Positions 36,739 through 45,147 of a stretch of DNA of 64,000 bases are shown in pieces. The translations under genes were made by a program, and so were the position numbers. How positions within the stretch are numbered: position 1 is the stretch's first letter; each line of letters opens with the position of its first letter. This stretch comes from Anaerolineae bacterium (GTDB taxonomy: Bacteria > Chloroflexota > Anaerolineae > Promineifilales > Promineifilaceae). The notes under the pieces are model-generated. The model had not been told where the DNA came from and did not search any database. It was given only the letters and a program-made list of their open reading frames with translations. Where the stretch lies: NCBI GenBank assembly GCA_046753445.1, contig JBHHTQ010000002.1, positions 19,555-83,554 of the forward strand, read 5' to 3'.

Positions 36739-38961
36739 TCAGGCCAGGGCACTTTCGTCACCGGAGTCGCGGACAAAGATGCAGGAAGCGCCCAACGTCT
36801 CAGCGACGCGTTCCACAAATGCAAGGTCAGGTTTGTTTTGCAGGCCGAAGATGCTCAAATCAGCCTGCGGCGCGCGCGGTAGTGAATCCCAGAATGCGCC
36901 CTCGAATACGACAGCCTGCGTCGTGGACGGCAGGCGGGCCAGGTTAATCAGCCGCGTCAGGAAATGGGTGGCCTGCTCGCTCATTTCATTGCCTGTCACC
37001 GCCATGCACAGATTGATGCGGCCGCGCCAGTTTCGGGCCAGTTGGTAGGCGAGCAGCACGGCCAGGTCAAGGTTGGTGAGGCGCAAGCCCAGCCGCCATT
37101 CCGGCGACTGCTCCCGCACCCAGACGTTGATCTGCTTTTCCCGCCCCAGTTCGACCAGCTTGTTGCGGGCAAAGAGGATGAGGCCCATGCGGTATTCGGT
37201 CGTGCGCGCCAGCAGCTGCGCCAGGTCGCACGGAATCTCCCCGGACAGTACCGGCAGGAACAAAATATTGGGCCGGAAAAAGACGCTGCTCAACACTTCC
37301 ATCGCGGCTCGCATCCCGTCGAGAAAATCCTCTTCTTGCAGCAGGGTGTAGCGGCCGTCAATCCCATCTTCGTTAAACGCCCGCGCCAGCGATGCCAGGT
37401 CAGCGACCTGCTGCCGTTCATTCGGCGCATAAATGCCCAGGGCATGCACAGAACCTTGGGGCAAGGCGATGGCGCGCAGGAAACGGTAACTGCCCATCAA
37501 CGATTGTGTCGAAGTGACCGGAGCCAGAATATTGGGACTCCAGGTTCGCTCCGACGCCTGCGGCATCAAACGCACCTGTTTGGCGGCCCAGTGCGCGATG
37601 GACAGGAACAGACCGCTGCGTACATCCTCCCAGGGTGCGTTGAGCTGCCGGTGCAGCAGGTACCCGTAAATGCCGGCCGTCGCCGCGATGGCCACCAGCC
37701 CAAAAATGGGGTTAACCAGGAACATTGCCAGGAGACAGCCAAGCATGCCGATCAAAGGGATGGCGCGGGGTATGGCGAAGGTCGGCCGAAAGCTGACCAT
37801 GCCCAGCATTTGTTCGACAAGCACCACGGCGTTCAGCATGAAATAAGTGATCAGAAAGAACATCGTCAGAAGCGGCGCGACGCTGTTCAATCCGCCGCCG
37901 GTGAGCGCGAACAAGATAGATGCCAGGGCCACCATGCCGGTGGCTATCATCGCTTTACGTGGTTCGCCATCTTCCGTTTCAAGGGCAAAGAATTGGCCAT
38001 GCGGCAGGATGCCGTGTTCGCCTAAAGCCTGCATCACCCGCGGCGCGGCCAGCATCGAACCCAGAGCGGAGGAAAATGTGGCCCCAAGCAGCCCCGCCAG
38101 CACCGCCCAGCCGAAATAAGCCTTGTCCACCATGATGGTTGTGTTTGCCAGCAGATCGGCCGGCGTTGCCACGCGGGCCAGCCAGAAGGCAAGCGCCAGG
38201 TAGATGAGCAGCGCCAGGCTGATGGCGCTCATGGTGCCGATGGGAATGCTCCGGCGCGGCTCTTTCAGATCGCCGCTCAAACTGATGCCGGCCATGATGC
38301 CGGTGACGGCCGGGAAGAAGACGGAGAAGACATACCAGAAATCGCCGTCGGGGAATGCTCCCCATAAGGTTGGAGACTGTACCATGCCTGGCTGTACGGC
38401 CGTGGGGAAGCTGCCCAGCAAGATGGAGAACAGGGAAAACCCGACCACAGCCAGGATCAGGAATTGCACGCGGGAGGCCAGCGTGGCGCTGGCGTAGGCG
38501 ATGAGAAAGAGCGCGATAAAGGTGGCGAGCACCACCCATACTTGCGAGCTGCCGGGGAAAATACGCTGCCACCCCTCAGCAAAGGCGAAGACATAGAGCG
38601 AGGTCGAGATGGCCTGGGCCAGGTACAAAGGGACACTGATACTGCCGCCCACTTCCAGGCCCAGCGATTGGGAGATGATGGCGAATGCGCCGCCTGCGCC
38701 CACGCGGATATTGGTGGCAATGGAAGAGACGGACAGCCCGGTGCAGATGGTGATGATGTGGGCCAGGAGGATGATCAGAACAGCGCCCCCCAACCCGGCA
38801 TTGCCCACGACCCAGCCCAGGCGGAGGTACATGATCGCCCCCAGGATGGTGAGGGTTGTGGGCACAAATACGCCGGCAAAGGTACCGAATTTTCGATCGG
38901 AGCCGCCGCTGTGCAAGCGGCCGCCTATTCGGGACAATACGTTTCGCGCCTCAGTTAACAT
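36739..38961 (-). CDS. SLC12-like cation-chloride cotransporter homolog (APC-superfamily permease with large C-terminal cytoplasmic domain)
   Basis: KFGTFAGVFVPTTLTILGAIMYLRLGWVVGNAGL mirrors the TM1 signature of CCC/SLC12 transporters. 12 TM helices plus a cytoplasmic domain of about 250 aa. Confidence 0.82.
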   Translation of the reverse strand: MLTEARNVLSRIGGRLHSGGSDRKFGTFAGVFVPTTLTILGAIMYLRLGWVVGNAGLGGAVLIILLAHIITICTGLSVSSIATNIRVGAGGAFAIISQSLGLEVGGSISVPLYLAQAISTSLYVFAFAEGWQRIFPGSSQVWVVLATFIALFLIAYASATLASRVQFLILAVVGFSLFSILLGSFPTAVQPGMVQSPTLWGAFPDGDFWYVFSVFFPAVTGIMAGISLSGDLKEPRRSIPIGTMSAISLALLIYLALAFWLARVATPADLLANTTIMVDKAYFGWAVLAGLLGATFSSALGSMLAAPRVMQALGEHGILPHGQFFALETEDGEPRKAMIATGMVALASILFALTGGGLNSVAPLLTMFFLITYFMLNAVVLVEQMLGMVSFRPTFAIPRAIPLIGMLGCLLAMFLVNPIFGLVAIAATAGIYGYLLHRQLNAPWEDVRSGLFLSIAHWAAKQVRLMPQASERTWSPNILAPVTSTQSLMGSYRFLRAIALPQGSVHALGIYAPNERQQVADLASLARAFNEDGIDGRYTLLQEEDFLDGMRAAMEVLSSVFFRPNILFLPVLSGEIPCDLAQLLARTTEYRMGLILFARNKLVELGREKQINVWVREQSPEWRLGLRLTNLDLAVLLAYQLARNWRGRINLCMAVTGNEMSEQATHFLTRLINLARLPSTTQAVVFEGAFWDSLPRAPQADLSIFGLQNKPDLAFVERVAETLGASCIFVRDSGDESALA

Positions 38962-39114
38962 AAACTCTCTTCATCGCGACAGATCTTGGCCGTCCCTGTG
39001 TGCCACCCAGAGCGTGAGCATGATACAATGGGCAATCATTTCTGGATGGCAACCATGATCAAATGATCGCCTTAATTCCAGGTTACGTCAAGCCTCACGA
39101 AAGGAGTGGTTCCC

Positions 39115-39813
39115 ATGAGCAATGTGCCGGCCCGCCTGATTGTGCGTCTCGGCCCCAACCCAGGCGCCATCTTTGAATTGACTCAGGAGAGTGCCAGCAT
39201 TGGCCGTTCTGCGGCCAACGACATTGTGCTGGCAGACCCTGAAATCTCCCGCCGGCATGCCCAGATTATACGCCAGGAAGACGAGTATGCGATTCAAGAC
39301 CTGGGCAGCACCAACGGCAGCTTCGTCAATAACCAGCGCGTTACTGGCCTGACCCTGCTTCATCACGGGGATATGGTGGCGTTGGGCGAGATATTCACTC
39401 TGGAGTTCCAGGAGGGGCCGGCGGCGGAACCAGCTGCGGATGCCGGGTCTCCGTTTGATACGTTGGCTGAGGCGACCATGATGGAAGCGCCGCCGCCTGC
39501 CCCGCCGTCCCCTGTCCCCGCGGCCGCTGATTCTGGCGTGCGCACGCTGGACGATGTGGATGATTTTGCCGCGCCGATGCCTGATGCTGAACCCAATTGC
39601 GGCCGTCAGTTTCTGGCCTGTGGGTGCCTCTTCTTGCTCGCTGTCTTTGCCTGCGCCGCCGCACTTTTCTTTCTGGACGCATATGAGGGGGGACGGTTGC
39701 TCTACTGCGGGCCGCTGCAACCTCTTTTTGAGGCGGCGCTGGGACCGTTTGGCTTCTCACCTGCGTGTGCGTTAAACGCTGCCACAGGTGCGCCGTTGCC
39801 TTTTCTCAGTTGA
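39115..39813 (+). CDS. FHA domain protein with Pro-rich linker and Cys-rich C-terminal membrane segment
   Basis: FHA core IGRSAANDIVLADPEISRRHAQI...IQDLGSTNGSFVNNQRV. AAGGAG RBS before ATG 39115. Confidence 0.88.
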   Translation: MSNVPARLIVRLGPNPGAIFELTQESASIGRSAANDIVLADPEISRRHAQIIRQEDEYAIQDLGSTNGSFVNNQRVTGLTLLHHGDMVALGEIFTLEFQEGPAAEPAADAGSPFDTLAEATMMEAPPPAPPSPVPAAADSGVRTLDDVDDFAAPMPDAEPNCGRQFLACGCLFLLAVFACAAALFFLDAYEGGRLLYCGPLQPLFEAALGPFGFSPACALNAATGAPLPFLS

Positions 39814-39875
39814 GTAAGGACAGTTTGATTTCTTGAGCACCAGCCTGTAGGCGACAATTTTGTCAGGAGTCTCCA

Positions 39876-41099
39876 TTGTCTGAAAAACCCATTCTTCGCC
39901 CACTTGATTTTCAGCCGGTTATCCACGAAGGGCAGCAAATGTGGCTGCTACGAGACCCGCTGCAACTTACGCCGATCCAACTGATTGTGCCGCAGGCGTT
40001 GGCCCAACTGCTCGTTTTCTGCGACGGGACGCGAACGCCGGAAGAGATTCATGAGGCGTTTTGCCAGCGAGTGGGCGTTACCGTCGATTTCCAGGTCGTT
40101 GCTGATGCGCTGGCGCAGCTGGATGAAGCATGTTTGCTGGATAATGCGCGCTCCACGGCCGTGAAACAGACGCTCCTGAAGGAATACCGCACGCTCCCCC
40201 ACCGCCTGCCGGCCCTGGCCGGCCTGAGCTATCCTGCTGAGGCAGAAAAAGTGGCCTACACCTTCAGCAGCTATGCCGACGGGGATGATTTGAACGGCTG
40301 GCGGCCGTGGCACGGCCGGGGGATTATCTCCCCCCATATTGATTACCAGCGCGGCGGGCCGGTCTATGCCAGGGTGTGGCGGCGGGCAGAAGTGGCCGTT
40401 CTAGAAGCTGATCTGGTGCTCATCTTTGGCACCGATCACAATGGCAGCCCCGGCTCGGTCACGTTGACGCGCCAGCCGTATGCCACGCCGTTTGGCACGT
40501 TGCCCGCCGACCGGGAATTGGTCGAGCAACTGGCCGAGGCCATTGGTCCCGAGGCAGCCTTTGCTGAGGAGCTTCACCATCGCACAGAGCATTCAGTGGA
40601 GTTGTCGGCCGTGTGGCTGCACCACGTTTACCATCGCGCCGGCGCGACCCCTCGCCCAATGGTACCCATCCTCTGCGGTTCCTTTCACCATTTCGTGATG
40701 AATGGGGCGCATCCGGCGAACGATGACCGGCTGGCCGCTTTGGTGGAAACGCTGCGGCAGGTGACGGAAGGGAAGCGGGTGCTCGCCGTCGCTTCGGTGG
40801 ATCTGGCCCACGTAGGGCCGAACTTTGGCGACAACTTTCCCATGGATGAGGCGCGGCGCGAACAGTTGGCGCAGGCTGATCAACGCTTGATCCGGGCGAT
40901 CCTGAAGGGAGATGTGGCCGATTTCTACGACCAGATAGCGGCCGTTCAGGATCGCCATCGTATTTGCGGGTTTTCCTCTATTTACCTCATGCTTCGCTTC
41001 CTGGGTGAGACAGAGGGGATGGAAGTCGCCTACGACCATTGCCCGGCCGATCCCCAAGACACCTCTCTCGTTTCCATTTGCGGCCTGCTGCTGGAGTAG
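39876..41099 (+). CDS. Memo-like (AmmeMemoRadiSam system protein B family) protein with a PqqD/RRE-like N-terminal extension of about 110 aa
   Basis: Memo core LAGLSYP...GIISPHIDYQRGG...GTDHNG...EHSVE...VDLAHVGPNFGD...ICGFSSI. The N-terminal LIVPQALAQLLVFCDGTRTPEEIHEAFCQRVGVTVDFQVVADALAQLDEACLL fits the PqqD-family consensus. AGGAG lies 6 nt before TTG 39876. Confidence 0.85.
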   Translation: MSEKPILRPLDFQPVIHEGQQMWLLRDPLQLTPIQLIVPQALAQLLVFCDGTRTPEEIHEAFCQRVGVTVDFQVVADALAQLDEACLLDNARSTAVKQTLLKEYRTLPHRLPALAGLSYPAEAEKVAYTFSSYADGDDLNGWRPWHGRGIISPHIDYQRGGPVYARVWRRAEVAVLEADLVLIFGTDHNGSPGSVTLTRQPYATPFGTLPADRELVEQLAEAIGPEAAFAEELHHRTEHSVELSAVWLHHVYHRAGATPRPMVPILCGSFHHFVMNGAHPANDDRLAALVETLRQVTEGKRVLAVASVDLAHVGPNFGDNFPMDEARREQLAQADQRLIRAILKGDVADFYDQIAAVQDRHRICGFSSIYLMLRFLGETEGMEVAYDHCPADPQDTSLVSICGLLLE

Positions 41100-41230
41100 A
41101 ATGTCACTCGCCCGGCTTCGGATCTCCCCAAAAATCAACGGGTTACTTGACATATATCAAGTTTTGTTGTATTTTTTCAACAATACCAATTGTTGTATTA
41201 TCCCGCACTATCTGATTCTTTCATGGTGAG

Positions 41231-41443
41231 ATGAGCAAGGAAACTTTGTTAGAAAGCTATGCCGGCGTTGCTGAAGTGAGCAAACGGCTGAATATCCACC
41301 CTGAATCGGTGCGGAGACTCATTCGCCAGGGCAAGCTGCCCGCGATTAAATTCGGCAACAAGTGGCTGGTTGAGAAAGCGACGTTGGAGCAGTATGCTAG
41401 CCATTATGATCCGCGTCCCGGAAATAAGGCTACACTTCTTTGA
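41231..41443 (+). CDS. small excisionase/MerR-type (HTH_17, BldC-like) DNA-binding protein
   Basis: 70 aa. The VAEVSKRLNIHPESVRRLIRQGKLPAIKFGNKWLVEKATLEQY pattern is typical of the helix-turn-helix excisionase family. Confidence 0.8.
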   Translation: MSKETLLESYAGVAEVSKRLNIHPESVRRLIRQGKLPAIKFGNKWLVEKATLEQYASHYDPRPGNKATLL

Positions 41444-41525
41444 AGTATTGGAACCGGAGCTGGCGGTTGGGAAACACGGCCGATGCGATTTCTGACGCCC
41501 TTTCTCCGGGAATGAGGGTAGACAA

Positions 41526-42644
41526 ATGCAGAGAGCACCTGAGTTAGAGAACGCAGCTTGCATCCGTGTGGTCGGTGTGGGTGGCGGCGGTTGTAACGCA
41601 GTCAATCGCATGATCGCCGAGAACGTCAGCGGCGTTGACTTCATCGCCATTAACACAGACAACCAGGCATTGCTCCTTTCAGATGCGCCAACTCGCGTGC
41701 GCATCGGCGATAAGCTGACGCGTGGGCTGGGTGCGGGCGGCAACCCGGAGCAGGGCGAGAAGGCGGCAAATGAGTCCATGGAAGAGCTTTATGAAGTAAT
41801 GGATGGCTCCGATATGGTTTTCATTACCGCCGGTATGGGTGGCGGCACAGGCACAGGCGCAGCCCCAATCGTGGCCAAGGTGGCGCGCGAATTGGGTGCG
41901 CTGACTATTGGCGTGGTAACCCGGCCGTTCCTGTTCGAGGGCAGCAAGCGCACGAAGACGGCCGACCAGGGCATCGAGACGCTCAAAGAGCAGGTGGACA
42001 CGTTGATCGTCATTCCCAATGACCGCCTGCTTGAGTTGACCGACCGGCGCGTTTCTCTGACAGAGTCGTTTAGCATGGCGGATGACGTGCTGCGCCAGGG
42101 CATTCAAGGTATCAGCGAATTGATTACCATTCCCGGGTTGATTAACCTGGACTTTGCCGATGTCAAAACCGTCATGTCTGAAGGCGGGGCGGCGCTCATG
42201 GCAGTCGGCCGCGGCCAGGGAGAGGACCGGGCGCGTATTGCGGCCGAGCAGGCCATCAGTTCCCGCCTGTTGGACATCACCATTGATGGCGCGCGCGGCA
42301 TCTTGTTTAACGTGACCGGCGGGCCGGGCATGAGCTTGTATGAGGTCAATGAAGCGGCGGCCATCATCCGCGAAACGGCCCATCCTGACGCCAACCTGAT
42401 TTTTGGCGCTGTGATTGATGAAGAGATGGAGGACGAGATTCGGATTACCGTCGTCGCGACCGGGTTTGAACGCGCGCCGGCGCGGCGTCAGGTGATGCAG
42501 CAGTACAGCCGTTCCCCCAGGGCTTCCTCATCCAGCAAGGGGGGCGACAAACCAACAAAGCCTCCGGTCCGAGAGAGCAGCCAGCAGCAGCCGAAGTTCA
42601 CGCCCAATACGCTGGACATTCCCGCTTTCTTGCGTCGGCGTTAA
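41526..42644 (+). CDS. ftsZ: cell division GTPase FtsZ
   Basis: [40 protein letters not shown], and the C-terminal DIPAFLRR peptide. Confidence 0.97.
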   Translation: MQRAPELENAACIRVVGVGGGGCNAVNRMIAENVSGVDFIAINTDNQALLLSDAPTRVRIGDKLTRGLGAGGNPEQGEKAANESMEELYEVMDGSDMVFITAGMGGGTGTGAAPIVAKVARELGALTIGVVTRPFLFEGSKRTKTADQGIETLKEQVDTLIVIPNDRLLELTDRRVSLTESFSMADDVLRQGIQGISELITIPGLINLDFADVKTVMSEGGAALMAVGRGQGEDRARIAAEQAISSRLLDITIDGARGILFNVTGGPGMSLYEVNEAAAIIRETAHPDANLIFGAVIDEEMEDEIRITVVATGFERAPARRQVMQQYSRSPRASSSSKGGDKPTKPPVRESSQQQPKFTPNTLDIPAFLRRR

Positions 42645-42720
42645 GGTAATTTGTGAACCGGGCAATACCCTTTTGGCGCAGGTGATAATCCCATCGCCCG
42701 CTGAAAACATCCCCTCTGTA

Positions 42721-42760
42721 AGCTCCCCCTGTACTGTGCAGGTCAGGGGGAGCTTTTGTA
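42721..42760 (+). terminator. intrinsic terminator after ftsZ
   Basis: AGCTCCCCCTG-12-nt loop-CAGGGGGAGCT followed by TTTGTAT. Confidence 0.7.
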
Positions 42761-42778
42761 TGCCCGGATGATTCGCCG

Positions 42779-44542
42779 CTACGCAGAACGACGCGACAAG
42801 ACCCGCAGCGTCACCTTCTCCCCCTGCCGTTTTAACTCCACAATATCGCCGTGGTTTACCTGGCGGATGATGTCGGCGTCAAAGGCGTAAGCGTACGGGA
42901 TGCCTTCCAGCGAGCAGGCGGGCGCGCTTTGTTGGTCGATCTCGCTGTTGCAGATGGCCAACGGCGCTTTGCCCCGATAAAACAATTCCAGCAGAACGTA
43001 CGGGGCGACGGTGGAGCCGCTTCCTTTGGGGAAGATGGCGATTTTTCCGGCCAGGCTGCGGCCATCGGCCGGATGCCCCGGTTCCTCAATGACCCCTGTT
43101 TCTCGGTTGACGAAGCCCAGGAATGTGATGGGGGCTTCGGACACAAAGGCTTCACCCGTCACCGTGAAGTCGGACTGGGAGGGAAGCCCATGGCCGGCCG
43201 CAGTGAAAGGCCCGGCGGCGGGAGAAGCCGCGGCAGCGGTACGCGCCTGGGCTTGAGCCGCTTCACGCTTCGCCTGGGCTTCTTCGTGCCTGGTATTGTC
43301 CGATTGCCAATCTTGCTGTTCTCCCATTGCCACCGCGATGCAGTCGGCCAGTTTCATGACGGAAGTAGGAATGCCGTTCAGCCCGGACTTGATGTAATGT
43401 TCGGCTTTCATGGAATTGGTGAGCACGTGCCGCACCCAGGCCGGATCATAAGGGACGACCTCCGGGCAGGTGTTTTCCAGCAGTAATGCGCCACTCCGGC
43501 GGATGATGTCGGCCACGCCCGTCTTTTCGGCAATCGCTTTGTTGGCCGATGAGGTGAACACCCACAATGGGGGCGCGGTGGAAGGGAGCTTCTTGCCCTT
43601 CAGTAAGACGGCCGTAGCCCGCAGTTCGCCAATGGATGCTTGGGGACAGCCGATGGTGATCAGGGAGACGGCCGTCTTTGGAAGCAGCTCTTCATACCGC
43701 TGCGCCAGCTCATCGGGGCCAAAGCGCAGTGTGGGCTGGATGGCCCCTTCGGGCGCGTCGCTCACCCCCTCGATGTATAATAACGGGCAGCCATAATTGG
43801 CGGCGGCCGCTGTCAGCGCCTTCTTCTGCTCGTGCGTGAGATCATCAGGCAGCCCGCGAATGAGGGGGATGAGGCCCAGCGGCATTTGCCACTCAGGCTG
43901 CCGCTGCTTGCCAATCCAATCCCCCAGGATGGAGAAGTCGGTCGGGTCTTCCAGCCGTGCTGTGACCACTACCGCCAGATTCGGCCGTCGTGCATCCGGC
44001 CGCAGCAGGCCGTACCGGGGAGTGTAGCCGGTGAGGGCGCACGCCAGCGCCGACAGACCCGATTCCCGGTTGGTGTGCAGCCCGCAGTAAGAATTGCCGA
44101 AGCAAATGGCGTTGGACTCCGCCCAGGCGGCCGTACCTTCGGTAATCACCCCGTCCCACTCGTACGGGATGCAGGATTGGGTCGGCCGCACGCCCAGCCG
44201 GGTGTAGAGGGATACGATCTCCCGGCTGTGGTCGAGGAAGTCGGGAACGACAATGCGCATCGCCTCGAACTGCGCCACATCGCAGCCGGCTGAGTTAAGG
44301 GTGGTCGGCACGGCAACCTGCGCCTGAGGATCGGCGGCCAGCTTGGCCAGGAACCGGCGCAGACCCAGCCCGCCGGTCAATGGAGAAACGCCGGCGAGAT
44401 GGGCGCTGCTGATGGGGATGAGTTCGCTGGCTCCGGCCGCGGCCGCCATGTCCAGCAGTAACCTCATACCCATCTGCTTGGCCAAGCCCCGTTGGCCGGC
44501 CAGCATCGCTTCCTGTTCATTGTTGAGGGCAATTTTGTTCAT
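42779..44542 (-). CDS. fused aconitase X (DUF521 catalytic domain plus DUF126 swivel domain)
   Basis: N-terminal LNNEQEAMLAGQRGLAKQMGMRLL...ISSAHL (AcnX large-subunit pattern). Ala/Gln-rich linker, then a C-terminal ITFLGFVNRETG...FPKGSGSTVAPYVL swivel domain. Confidence 0.83.
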   Translation of the reverse strand: MNKIALNNEQEAMLAGQRGLAKQMGMRLLLDMAAAAGASELIPISSAHLAGVSPLTGGLGLRRFLAKLAADPQAQVAVPTTLNSAGCDVAQFEAMRIVVPDFLDHSREIVSLYTRLGVRPTQSCIPYEWDGVITEGTAAWAESNAICFGNSYCGLHTNRESGLSALACALTGYTPRYGLLRPDARRPNLAVVVTARLEDPTDFSILGDWIGKQRQPEWQMPLGLIPLIRGLPDDLTHEQKKALTAAAANYGCPLLYIEGVSDAPEGAIQPTLRFGPDELAQRYEELLPKTAVSLITIGCPQASIGELRATAVLLKGKKLPSTAPPLWVFTSSANKAIAEKTGVADIIRRSGALLLENTCPEVVPYDPAWVRHVLTNSMKAEHYIKSGLNGIPTSVMKLADCIAVAMGEQQDWQSDNTRHEEAQAKREAAQAQARTAAAASPAAGPFTAAGHGLPSQSDFTVTGEAFVSEAPITFLGFVNRETGVIEEPGHPADGRSLAGKIAIFPKGSGSTVAPYVLLELFYRGKAPLAICNSEIDQQSAPACSLEGIPYAYAFDADIIRQVNHGDIVELKRQGEKVTLRVLSRRSA

Positions 44543-44565
44543 TGATCCTCTTTGGAGCTCGTGAT

Positions 44566-44581
44566 TAAGTGTGTCACGGTA
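44566..44581 (+). repeat. solo terminal fragment of the MITE-like element
   Basis: TTAAGTGTGTCACGGT is identical to the left end of the other copies; the rest is absent. Confidence 0.5.
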
Positions 44582-44592
44582 AATGCCCGAAA

Positions 44593-45147
44593 TTAAAACT
44601 TGTCCTTGGACGATCCCTCAGATTGGGGGGCGGGTAAACTTTTGATGGTAGGTTCAGCGCCCGGCAGGCTTCTTTCTGGCGGAACCGGCCTGATCACCCG
44701 CACTTCTGCCCCTGTTTTTTCCCGAATGGAGGCGGCAAACTGTTCCACGGCATCATCGCCAAACACATTAAAGCTTGCCTTACGAGGGGCGCCCAGCAAA
44801 AGCAGACAAGACTCGGAGTCGCGCAGGAACGAAACAATTTCCTCGCGCACATCTCCCTCGCGGACGACGAGTTGGGCCTGGATGCCGGCGGCGCGGGCGC
44901 GCAGGCTGGCGATGTGGAGCAGCGCCTGCCCCATCCAGTTTAGCTCCTCACGCACGGCCGCCATCAAGCTGGAGTCTAACTCACCAAGACTGGCAGGGTT
45001 GGTGACGTAGAGAAATACCAGCGGCTTGCCTTGTAATTTGGCCTGTTTGATCGCTTCCATTTGTACAGCGCGGCTGGCTTCGCCGCCCCGCGTGGCGCAA
45101 ACGATGCAGTTCTGGTTATGGGGTTGTTTACTCACTTTCTTCACCAA
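44593..45147 (-). CDS. universal stress protein-like (adenine nucleotide alpha-hydrolase fold) protein
   Basis: CIVCATRGGEASRAVQMEAIKQA...LVVREGDVREEIVSFL...LLLLGAP pattern. Start overlaps the end of the upstream antiporter gene by 20 nt. Confidence 0.68.
   Translation of the reverse strand: MVKKVSKQPHNQNCIVCATRGGEASRAVQMEAIKQAKLQGKPLVFLYVTNPASLGELDSSLMAAVREELNWMGQALLHIASLRARAAGIQAQLVVREGDVREEIVSFLRDSESCLLLLGAPRKASFNVFGDDAVEQFAASIREKTGAEVRVIRPVPPERSLPGAEPTIKSLPAPQSEGSSKDKF

Noticed and set aside
41231-41443. Excisionase-family HTH protein as evidence for a prophage or integrative element.
   Set aside because: No integrase, att-like repeats or phage genes are nearby. It is tightly linked to ftsZ, so a chromosomal regulator reading is preferred.
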